Notes under the pieces: model-generated
Told to the model about the DNA's origin: nothing
What the model saw: the letters and a program-made list of their open reading frames with translations, nothing else
The model's database searches: none
Source of the DNA: Chrysomallon squamiferum
Lineage: Eukaryota > Animalia > Mollusca
Direction: 5' to 3'
Length of the DNA: 64,000 bases
Assembly: GCA_012295275.1 (NCBI GenBank)
Contig: CM022669.1
Location: 8,122,001-8,186,000, forward strand
Shown: piece after piece, positions 1 through 11,287 of the stretch
Numbering within the stretch: the first letter of the stretch is position 1
Layout of the letters: each line of letters begins with the position of its first letter
Program-made: the position numbers and the translations under genes

Positions 1-1359
1 AAACCCATACAAATATATCTAAATACATTCTTTTCCCTTTTCTTAAAAAAATAAAGACATTTTTCTTTCTCTCTATCTTTATTGTTTTCACGAAGGCAGT
101 AAATCAGTATTTATATAAACACTAGTGAAAAGACAGCAATAAAAACATTACCCATACCTAACAATACTAACACATTAATATTTTTTTTTTTAATACCAAA
201 TCACTATATATGCAAATTAGATAGACACAGAGGTAACAGCATTTGTTTTACCAGACACACAAACACACACAGAGTTAACATTAAGCAATAAACTATACAT
301 CTGATATCATTCAAATGCAAGGCAAAGTGAATGCTTTATGACTGAAACAGATGTATTTTTTACATGTTAATCTGACAATTAGAGGAGAGAATTTTTATTT
401 ATCTTACACCTTTTGTGGGGTTTTTTTTATATTATAATTCCTTTCTTTCATTATTTTATTTAACTTTACAAACATAATTATTATATTTTTAAATCATCTG
501 AAATAATAAATCAACTTTATTATTATTTCTTTTTATAATATATTTTTATAAATTTACATTTTTTTGCATTTTTTTTTTTAAAAATTCCTGTTAAAGCAGG
601 TGCAACAAGGTGACCATGATATACAGTTTCGTAAACGAATCACTGTAATATATATACATGTATGTCACAGCAAATCTTAGTCACATATCACTCAGTAACA
701 GTGTATTCAACTTTAATAATATATCTTCTTTTTAGAGAGTTTAGAGGGGTGGGATAAGTTGGATTATAACAAAATTGTCCTTTCTTAAAGCACATTATTA
801 TTATTATTGTTGTTGTTGTTGTTGTTATATTAACAGTATAAATAGTAGTAGTAGAAGTACTAGTAGCAGCAGTAGTTGTAATACTTAGGAGCAGTAGTAA
901 TAGTAATAGTAATGGTAGTAATTAGTAATACTAGCAATAGTAACAGTAATAGCAGAAACCATAGTAACAGCAATAGTAGCAGAATAATAGGAGAGGTAGT
1001 AGTGAAATAGAAAGTTAAATATGCCATCAACAAATACACATCATGTTACAGATAAACATAGAATTACATCAGATTAGTTATTGCTCAGGCCACATACACA
1101 CTATTTTACCTGGTTTACTGGTAAACTACAAATAAAAATTACTAAACTTTGTTTTAATCTGACAATGAATATTTATTCACATTACCTTACTGAATCAGTT
1201 TAAAGTAAACTTATTTAATGATGAACATAAGACATTGTTTTAATAAAAAAAATGTACATGATACATATATATATATACCACACACATATATATTACATAC
1301 AGATAATGCAGATAACAACTGAAGAAACTAGCTGGTATATGACAAGCTATATGTTTTTC

Positions 1360-1540
1360 ATTAGCTGGAAGGGATCATTTGAATAGTGCCTTCCCATAGA
1401 CAGCAAAACACATAAAACAGCCTCTGATATAAGCAGAATGTATTGTTTGGGTCATGACATAACAATGAGATTCTACAACCAGTACTGATCTGGACCTCCA
1501 TTAATACGCACACAACTTCTCTAACCACTGAACTAAAGTT
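1360..1540 (-). mobile_element. SINE fragment (core to tRNA head) in ABCC4-like intron 1
   Basis: TTAGCTGGAAGGGATCATTT..CCTTCCCATAGACAG..CAGCCTCTGATATAAGCAG..TAACCACTGAACTA, colinear with the copy at 34482-34782. Confidence 0.55.
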
Positions 1541-1714
1541 TATCTGGGTTTTTTTTTTTTTCAGTCTGTAATCAAATCTATCAAAACCCAGACATTTGTT
1601 CTAACTACTGAATTAAAGCCTAGTTTTTTTTTTTTGTTTTTTTTTTTTAGTTTGTAATAAAATCTATTAAGTCTCCAGATATCTGTTCTAACTACTGAAC
1701 TAATAAAGCCTATC
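1515..1714. repeat. Tandem repeat, about 80-88 bp unit, about 2.3 copies
   Basis: TCTAACYACTGAAYTAA at 1520, 1600 and 1687, separated by poly-T + TGTAAT(C/A)AAATCTAT..CCAGA. Confidence 0.75.
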
Positions 1715-1944
1715 ATTTACACCTGTAATATATGTGTGACGTAACACTCAGGTGTAATTGTCAGCTAGTCAGGCTGGCAGTATCTGGTATGCACAGTCAC
1801 ACAAAGTCATTTGAATATATACAAATCTACCACAGAAAATAAAGTGATAGTAACATATCTGTATTCATATACATGTTGTTGTTTTTTTGTTGTTTTTTTG
1901 GACTGTTTATAATATTATAAATTTAAAAAAATTGTTGAGGGTTC

Positions 1945-1960
1945 ATGTATTTGTGTTTGT

Positions 1961-2001
<41 letters not shown>

Positions 2002-2200
2002 CATGTATTTATGTGTTATATGTGTGTGTGTATGTGTGTGTGTATGTGTGTGAGTGTGTGTGTGTGTGTGTGTGAATATGCATGTATTTATGTGTTTATA
2101 TGTGTGTGAGTGTGTGCGTGTGTATATATGCATGTATTTATGTGTTTATATGTGTGCGGGTGTATATGTATTTATTTGTATATATGTGTATATGTGTTGA
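1945..2200. repeat. Compound (TG)n/TA microsatellite
   Basis: Directly visible; source of VC/HT ORFs. Confidence 0.9.
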
Positions 2201-4068
2201 GGGGGTGTATGTTGCATGTACACAGGTATTTGTGATACTAAGGATAATAAAAAGAACAAAACATCAGCTAACCTATCTGTTTCTCTGTGTATGTATACAC
2301 ACTGCACTTTTATTTCTCTCAGTATTCATAATATTTTTATCTGAACATATTTGTACATATTTTAATGATTTTTAGATGTGTATATGTGTGTGTGGGTGAG
2401 ACAGGGAATATGTATAACTATATTTTATGTCCTTTGATATTTTATCTGTCTGCCTGTAAGTTTATGTATGTCTGTGTCTGTGTGTATGTTTGAATGTGTG
2501 TGTGTTTGAATGAGTGGGTGTGTGTGTTTGTGTGTGTGTGTATTTTACAGGTAATGTTTATGTATAATCACTGAAAATTTCAACTAATATCTGAAACTTA
2601 GTAAGTTATCTTATACATATTTTTTTTTTCTTCTATTAATGAATATTATAAATGAACATCTGATAACAGAAATACAAGAACAGTTAGTTAAAACATATTT
2701 TTCCACTGCAAGAGGATTCTGTCTGAAAACTTGGTGAAAATAATTATATTCCTCAATGCAGTCATCATCAGTTGGCTTTCCTTTATTTTTGTTAGAAACA
2801 GGTTATCTTAGTGTGTGAAATAATTTGGAAATGTTGTATTTCAAATTAATATATCAATTAATGTTAAAACTGTTTCCTTGGCCTTTCACTGTCAAAACAA
2901 TTGCTTCTCTCTGCCTTTACTTCAATGAACAACTTACCTTTATCTAAACACCATAATTCAACCAAAAAAAAAGAACTTTGAGAGAACTTTATCACATAAC
3001 TGATAAAAACAATGTCACTGAAATACAATAACAGACTAAATTTCAAATATTATGTATATTATCTGAAATTTTTAGGGATTAATCAGAATTAATGAGTGAA
3101 TCACACATTAGATATAATAACCAAAAACATCAATGATCATACATAATGTCTGAATATACATATTACCTGTTAAATACAAACACGCACACACACACAAAGT
3201 TATTAGCCTCTGTGTATTCTCTCAAGGCTTTCTTAAATTTTAGTTATATTTAATTATTAATTAAGTATGGTCACCAGAAACAAATAAAAAGGTCATGCGA
3301 TCACTCTAATTTTTATTTTGACTGTTTATAAGTTTATAAATTTAAAAAAAATGGTAGAGGGTTCATTATTTTTATGTCTGAATGGTACCAAGATCAACAC
3401 TTATTTTGATTACTATTAAACTTTATTATTAGCAATGTAACATGCTAAACACTAAATTATAGTAACCTTTGTAGCACTAAACAGGTATGTTGTATAATTA
3501 ATTGATTTTAAAATATTAAAACTAACTTTACTATTCATAATAACTGAATGTCATAGAAATTTTCTTAGATAATGTATTTATTAATATTTTTATTTATTTA
3601 TTTATTTTTATTATTATTATTATTATTGTTGTTGTTGTTGTTGTTATTGTTGTTACTGTTATTACTGTTGCTGCTGCTGCTGTTGTTGTTGTTATTATTA
3701 TTGCTGTTGTTGTTGTTCTGTAAGAAAGTGATCAATAAATAACCAAACTAAACTCCTTTTTCTTTACTTTTTATAATTACATAATCAACTTCAGCTGTAT
3801 CTGATACTGGTGTATTTTACAGTTTAATACGATTGTTTACGCTTGACTGGTCTACACTTAAACCCACTTAAAAAGCAAGAAATGTCAAATGTATCGACTG
3901 CGTAAATAAATGAAGGCACGAAAAAGAAATAAGTAAAAAAAAAGATAACACTTATGTATTTTCACCTGAATTTACTTTTAGAGTAGTATTTACCGTGCTC
4001 TGTTTAATTAAGAGTAATAATCAGTAAGATCAATAAATAATACCTAGGATATTCTGTAGCCTACTCAC

Positions 4069-4136
4069 CAAAACGTAATTCTTGAAAACCAATTTGCTGT
4101 GTCATATGGACACGGGTTTTCCGCGTCTTCTTTCAT
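4069..4136 (-). CDS. ABCC4: First coding exon of an ABCC4/MRP4-like ABC transporter (MKEDAENPCPYDTANWFSRITF[W]); rest of gene not found, presumably beyond the left edge
   Basis: ATG at 4136 with A at -3, 22 codons plus TG, then donor GTGAGTAG at 4068. P-x3-AN-x2-SR-x2-F-W is the N-terminal lasso motif of short ABCC/MRP4/CFTR-type proteins. As I recall, human ABCC4 exon 1 (..NPLQDANLCSRVFFW) also ends at this Trp. Sits in a CpG island. Confidence 0.8.
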
Positions 4137-4715
4137 TCTTCGTGTGTCTGATTACAAAAACGACATGGAACACCTACAGAACGTCGTGCATTGAGTCGAT
4201 TGACACAATCTGGCGATTTAAGGACATTCACATTGTTTTAACGTCAGTCGTCAGCGTCGCATTACGGTCTCGCTGGAAAACACCTGCATTTGTTTAACTT
4301 CTCAATCAGACGTTTACGATCATCAGTGATACAGAGTCCATTCGCTCGTGCTGCCACGAGCCTAAATGTTACCAAAAGCCCGCAGGTTGCGTTATTTCTC
4401 CCCGTTACAACGCTCAGCTTCTGTGCTGATAACTTTATAAAGAAAATAACACGTGACCTAATTTTTCATCGTCGCCGATATTCGCTAGCGGTGTCTCTTT
4501 CACCGGAAAAAGACGATTTTTAACGAGACAACAGAAGGGTACAGTGTTTGACAGTAAAAAAACTAATTGAATTTTATTAAGTAATAATTGCATTTAGGAA
4601 ATACAATTATACACATCATAATAAATTAAAGATATTTTCTTTGTCATGAACGGTAGACGGTGTACATTCCTTTTACTGACAAATATTAACACTAATAACA
4701 GTTATCGATAAAAAA
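4137..4715 (-). promoter_or_regulatory. CpG-island promoter and 5' UTR of the ABCC4-like gene
   Basis: Dense CpG at 4110-4530 against a CpG-poor background; E-box CACGTG (GTCACGTG on minus) at 4450-4455; DRE palindrome TATCGATA at 4703-4710. Confidence 0.65.
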
Positions 4716-4872
4716 ATAATGCATCACAAAACATACAGGCATAGTTGTCATTTCTAGAGCGCTTTTTTTTTTTTTTTTTTTAAAATATGTAATTATTTGT
4801 TCTCTCTCTCTCCAAATGCCAAATAGTTTTTATCTTAACTGTAAAATATTGAAAATATCAGTTTTATCTTTA

Positions 4873-4905
<33 letters not shown>

Positions 4906-5119
4906 TATACATATAAAATTACTATAGTTTAGAATATCTTTACTGTAAAATACAGAAAATACAGTTTTTAATCTTCAATATGACGAAACAAAACCAACAT
5001 ACTTTTTAAAATATCTTTCAATGCTTTCAGTGTTACTGTTTTCACAAAATTTTAAAGTGTTTTCTTACCATTACTTAATATGAAAAATATTTTTTGCACT
5101 TTTATTAACAACAGAAAAT

Positions 5120-5160
5120 AAGAGACACAAAAATTGGAAACTCATTTATTTACAGGTACA
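5120..5160 (-). terminator. Candidate polyadenylation signal of the ZNF710-like gene (3' UTR about 2.8 kb)
   Basis: Minus strand reads TGTA..TGTAAATAAA (AATAAA at 5150-5145) followed by a T/GT-rich downstream tract. Other AATAAA exist in this AT-rich region. Confidence 0.35.
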
Positions 5161-7958
5161 ATCAAATTTATCACAGTCATTATTCACATTATTACACATA
5201 TTTAATTATTATTTAAATCAAAACAAAAATCATTAATATTGCAAGTGATTGAATACTGCATGTATTCTGAGTATCTGTGTGCTCTCTCTGTTATTTATCA
5301 TATCAGGGTATTAACCACTGTAACAAACATTTATGAAGCAATGACATACAACAGCTTTTCTTATGTCTAAATAAATATTTAAATATATCTTTTAAGTTTT
5401 ATAATATATCACAAAATGTAATAATTAATATTCTAATTTGTCAGGGTTTTTTTTATTGTTATTTTTGTTGTTGTGTTTTTGCTTTTATTTATTTATTTAT
5501 TATTATTATTATTATTATTTTTCTAATTTTTAATCTCTTTTACTTTTTCCAAAAAATACTGTTTTCTCTTCATGAAAGAAATAATTTTTCACAATTTTAG
5601 TGATTCTTATTGTTAATTTTTACTTTTATCTAAATATTTTAATTACAATTCATTACAGTCTACTTGACTGCTCTAATTTCAGTCATTCATTTAAAGCCAC
5701 ATTTAAGTTATGCACAAACACAACAAAATATGCATACATAAAGCCCCTAACATGACATATGCAAGTTCAAATTTATTTTTTTACACATTAACTTAAATAC
5801 AAACAATATGATGAAGTGTCTTCAAAATAAATACAGTTTGTATAATGTGTACATGAAATTAATTAAAAGTGTCTCCTCTTGGAAAAACAAATATAATTTT
5901 GAACCTGGAATTGTTGATCAAAGCAACACTTATATTTAAAAAAAGAATAATAATAATAATAAGAAGAAGAAGAAGAATGAAAAACGACAAAACAAGGAAT
6001 ATAAAATTTAAAAAAATATTAACTAAATTAATTTTTAAAATGGACGTAGTACTTAATTTTATGACGGCAAAATTGAAATTAAACTTTAAAATGTGCAAAC
6101 ACATTTATCAAAAAACCCTGATTTTTAAATTTTATATTTCATCTTCTGAGATTTGTTGTTACAGTTTCATTTGTGATGGTAAAACAAGAAATGTGGTGAC
6201 ACCAGTCAACCCTGTACATTGTTTTTATTTAAATTTCACACTTAAAATATAGTTTGCATGAAGACAGCACTAACCAAACCCATTTGTGGTTAATAAGTTA
6301 ATAATAATGATAATAAATTATTATATCAGAAGCAATATGTAATTGCATTTGATGGCCAATTTAATTTCTGTTTCCTGTATTTTATACATAACTGCTAATC
6401 AACTGAAATAACTGCTACAATCTTGGTTATAAATATACAAAATTCTATCAATTGCACCCGTGTCAGTGAAAAATATATCTTCTTCTATTACAGTATAACA
6501 GCACAAATATGTAACAAAAGAATGGAAATGGCACCTCCATGAAGCAATGCAGACATACTATCATACTTTATTATCAGTAAAGATTTACCTCCATACACAC
6601 AACTAAACCGATTATCCTGAAATACACAAACTTGATTTAGTGTGTTTGCATCACCATAGATAGACTTTTAGGTAATATAAAAGTTTAAAATTACACTTAC
6701 TAGATAATGTCCGTAACATCACAACATGTTATAAAAACACCAAATTAATCTGAATAGCACAGTTTACATGTACAAAGTGTATGGTTACAAAAAATACACA
6801 TAGAGAGGTTAGATTTATACATATGTAATATTTCTTTAATAATAATAATAATACAAAATTATAATGTTCACTCTTAGCCTGTTAAGGCTATTGCTTCAGT
6901 GAGAAAAAACATTTAAAAAAATAATAATAAATCTTTTAAAAATTCAAAAAATAAATAAATTCAAATAATAAAAAACAAAAACAATAAATTAATAAACACA
7001 TATATATTAAATTTGATTGAAAATCCCAATACTAAAATATATTCCTGATAGCAGACAATTAGCAATATAAAAAAAAATTTCAATAAAAATTCAATAAATA
7101 ATTTTTTTATACCTAAAATCCTGATTATAAAATATTTAAAGCATCATTAAATAATATATTTTAATGGTAGAATGAATAATTGAAATGTTTAGTTACAAAT
7201 TAATATTTTATTTATCATTGGGTTTTGCTAATAAAATAACAACAAACAAGTCCTGAGTTCAATATGTTTGATTTCTTTTACACTGACATTATTCAAAAAT
7301 AAAAATAAAAAAATATAATAAAAAAATTTAAAATTTAATAAAATAAAATATAATAAAAATAAATACTCAGTCTTTCATGTATTTTTGTCTACACCTCCAA
7401 GAAATGTATAAAGAGACAAAATGTCCAGCTAAACATGCCCACATTAATTTTTATTTTATATTTATTTTTAGCATGGAAACAAACCGAAACTTTTTTTCTA
7501 TATTTGATCATTTATATTAGTGAAGGTAGACTTCAAAGACATCTGTAAAATTAATAAGATGGTAAACTTATTACAATTATATTATAGAACAAATTATGTC
7601 TTTTAATATAAAAGTTTTCAAAAGAAGAATATTTTGAATACTGTTATTCAAAATTATTTTAACTTATACATATCTTTTTCAATAATTCTTAATTTAAATT
7701 AAAAAAATAGAAAACTAAAAGAAAAAAAAAATTGAAACCAAAAGAAATAATTATTAATAAAATAATAATTAACAGCAATACTTTGATTTATCAACAATGT
7801 AAATTGTTAATAAAACAAGCATCACTAAGACCAGTACAGAGTTGATTCTTTTTTTAAAAATACAGATGACAAATATTATTTATACCAGTATTGTTTTCAT
7901 TGAGCTACAGAAAAGGTTATTAAAAAATATTCGAAATGTTTTGAAACTTTTAATCTTT

Positions 7959-8659
7959 TTATTCTTTCATAAATTTCTCTTGAATTATTGAATCCAGTTT
8001 CGCTCCTTTGCTTAGCTTTCGACTTTTCCTTGGATTCGAAGGAACCCAGTCGTTGTCAGTGCCATCATCATTACCCATCTCTGAATCAGACGGGCAGCTG
8101 TCAACCTCGTCCTTGTACTCCTGCGGCAACCTCGACGACACCTGTCTGGCACTTTGTCTGAACTTCACCTGCAGACCTGAGTACTCGTCGTCGTTATCCG
8201 AGCCAAACGCAGACTCCAAACCGCGTTTGGCGATCGTTGAACTCTCCGTGTTCTCTTCTTCCTCCTGCTCCTGCTCCTGCTCTTGCTCCTGATCCTGATC
8301 CTGTTCCCACTGCTGCTCCTCAGAGTCCGCAGGCTGCGAGTTCTCCCCACCAGCCGCCGCATCCTGCTGCTGCTGGTTTCCTCCTGCAGCTTCGCCGTCT
8401 CCTGTCTCAGACGTCTGGAGGACTTTTCGAGGTTTGGACTTGCGCTGTTTTCTCGACAGCTTCGAGTCGTCCTGAAGGGAGTCGTCTAACATGCTGTCAT
8501 TTGGGTCCCCGTCACAGCGGTCCTCCATGTCCAGGTAGTCGTCTTCCCGGTCCTCGCGAGCCCTCTCCATCGAACTGAGAAAATTGACAGCCTCCTCCTC
8601 CATGCTCTCCGTACTCTCGTCCAGGCCGTGTTTCACCTTCTTGTGGCGATTTAAATTTC
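7959..8659 (-). CDS. ZNF710: ZNF710-like last coding exon: end of ZF11 (NLNRHKKVKH) and acidic C-terminal tail
   Basis: Acceptor tttacAG at 8661-8660; reads in frame into ORF 7959..8636 and ends at TAA. Confidence 0.92.
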
Positions 8660-11076
8660 CTGTAAATATTAAGAAAAAAAAAGTTTATTTAAACAAAATT
8701 TTTTTTGGTGATTTACTGTTGCTGTTGTTTTTTAATCTCTTATTAATGATGATAGCTCTTCTGTTCTTTTAAACAAATTTTTTTTTTCATAATTTGTTTC
8801 TTTTATTGTTATTTTTTTTTTTTTTACTCTCTTCTTTATGTTGATAGATCTTCAGTTCTAATTAAAATTATAACATGATTAATCAGAAATTTATATAAAC
8901 TGATTTTATGAAATATGCATGATGAAAATAGAAAATTGTATATATAATTTTTTTTAAATTGTTTTGTTTTTCCATAGAAGAAAACTTCAAAAACGTGTCT
9001 TAAATGCATCTGAGAAGAAATGATTTGGTAAAAATAACATTATACAAATTCTATAACCTTTAAGAGTGAACGAACTTCCACAGAAACACACGTAGGGTTT
9101 TGAATCATTGTGCATGTGCATGTGTCCCTGAAGATTGTGCAGTCGACCAAACTCCTTTCCTAAAACGAAGAAAAAGAATTTCTTCAAAAAACCAAATCAC
9201 TAGATTATGTATGTGAAAACAAAGAATAACTGCTTAATGAAAGCTCAAGTGAAACAGATATGGTATGTAACATTAATGATTTTAACAGACGTGTCAATAA
9301 TGTGTTAAAACTATGAATTAATATTTTTAGTTGTAATGGATGAAGCAAGAATTCAGATTTATTAACAATCAACTGACACCTGTGCAGATCAGTGAATTAC
9401 TTATTTTCTAATTTGTGGATTCTGTGTTTTACAAATCTGTTTGTTTGTTTATCTTGACAGCATAATCCATTTAATACTAAACCTCTAAAGTTATATCATC
9501 AGCAACTAACCTTTTCTTTTTCTGAAATACTGAAAGTATTCAAGAACAAAAAAAAGCCCCACAATTTTTTATACCTTTTGCAATACTTACTGGAAGTAAT
9601 TAAAAAAATCCACTTACCACACAGTGAACACTGGTATGGCTTCTTATCAGCATGCACCACCATATGTGCTTTCAGGGTCTGGGGCTGAGTGAAGGTTTTC
9701 TCGCAGAGTTCGCACTTGAACGCACGCTCCGCACTGTGGATGAGCTGATGGCGCTGCAGGTTTGCTTTCTGGTTGAACGAACGTCCACACTCTTTACAGG
9801 TGAATGGTCGCAGGCCTGAGTGGGTGAACATATGAGCTCGTAGATGGTGTTCCTTTAAAATGAAACAAAAACTAACACAATTGAAAATAATAGAAGCAAA
9901 CTGCATTTCCACTGTTAATGTATAGGAAGAGGGTGCTAAGGGTCTTTGTATCAATTCTTCTTAACTGGACTGTTTCTAAACAAAGGCCATGGCTTATGCT
10001 GGTTTTTCTACACAGTGGTGCCAGTCAGAAACAGGGTGTTTCCACTCTCGCTATCTGTAACCCTCACATCTGATATCACATAACCGTTAATAAATGTGTG
10101 GAGGTGCACAAAACATTTTCTTCTTTCTTTTACCATTAAAAAGAAAATAAATTTAAAGAATTAAAAAGTAATACCTTTAAACAGAAAAGAACGATAATAA
10201 AGTGAATAAAAATATACAATAATCTGAAAAAGAAATTATAAAGAAAAATCTTTTTGTAAACAACAATAATAAAAGATTAATTAAATTACTCATTGTTTTT
10301 AGATCATATTTTAATACTTCTTTTTTATAATAAATATATATCATACTTTGTCCTACTGCTGTAGATTAGAAATAAACAGTTTATTAAAGTTCTGTTATCT
10401 GTTTAATTTCATATATTACAATTCCTGGAATGTTGTTTCAAAACTTTCATTGCATTTGTAAAAATTAAAAGAAAATGTTTTAAAAATATAACAATAATAA
10501 ATAATAAAATGAAATTAGTTTTATCTTTGTTATTGATTACACCAAGGTTTCTACTAATGGATAACTGAAAAGGCCAGCAGGTGTTCCCAACATTAAATAT
10601 TTTATTTATTACTGATAATTACATATGCCACTAGTTTTATGTCAAAACCATTTATCTATTTTTTTCCCCCCAAATTTCCAATTTTACTTTATGAATAATC
10701 TAAAATAAATCATATCCCATGATATAACTCTCTCTTAACATTTGTTTCTTTTAACTATTTAATAATAATAAAGAAAAACAAAACCATATGTTTGATATTT
10801 TTTTATTATTAATATTGTTATTATAATTATTTTTTATGCTTAAAGAAAAATAAACATATACTGGTCTTTGTTTTAACAGTTTAACAAACCTTCATAAAAT
10901 CCATCCCACATTCAGAACAAATGTGAGGTCGTGTTCCGGAATGAGTCATCATGTGATCTCGCAATTGGCTTGGGTATCGGAAACCTCTGCCACAATCAGA
11001 ACAAGTCAAGTTTTCTCTGTCTTCATGTGTTGCCTTATAAATTATAATATATATATATAAATATATACACACACAC

Positions 11077-11125
<49 letters not shown>

Positions 11126-11159
11126 AACATACATATATACACAAAGATACACACACACA

Positions 11160-11205
<46 letters not shown>

Positions 11206-11246
11206 TACATATATACACACACACACACACACAAACATACATATAC

Positions 11247-11287
<41 letters not shown>

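Noticed and set aside
4082-4523. Plus-strand ORFs 4082..4297 and 4290..4523
   Set aside because: Non-ATG starts in a CpG island; the minus-strand ABCC exon explains the region.
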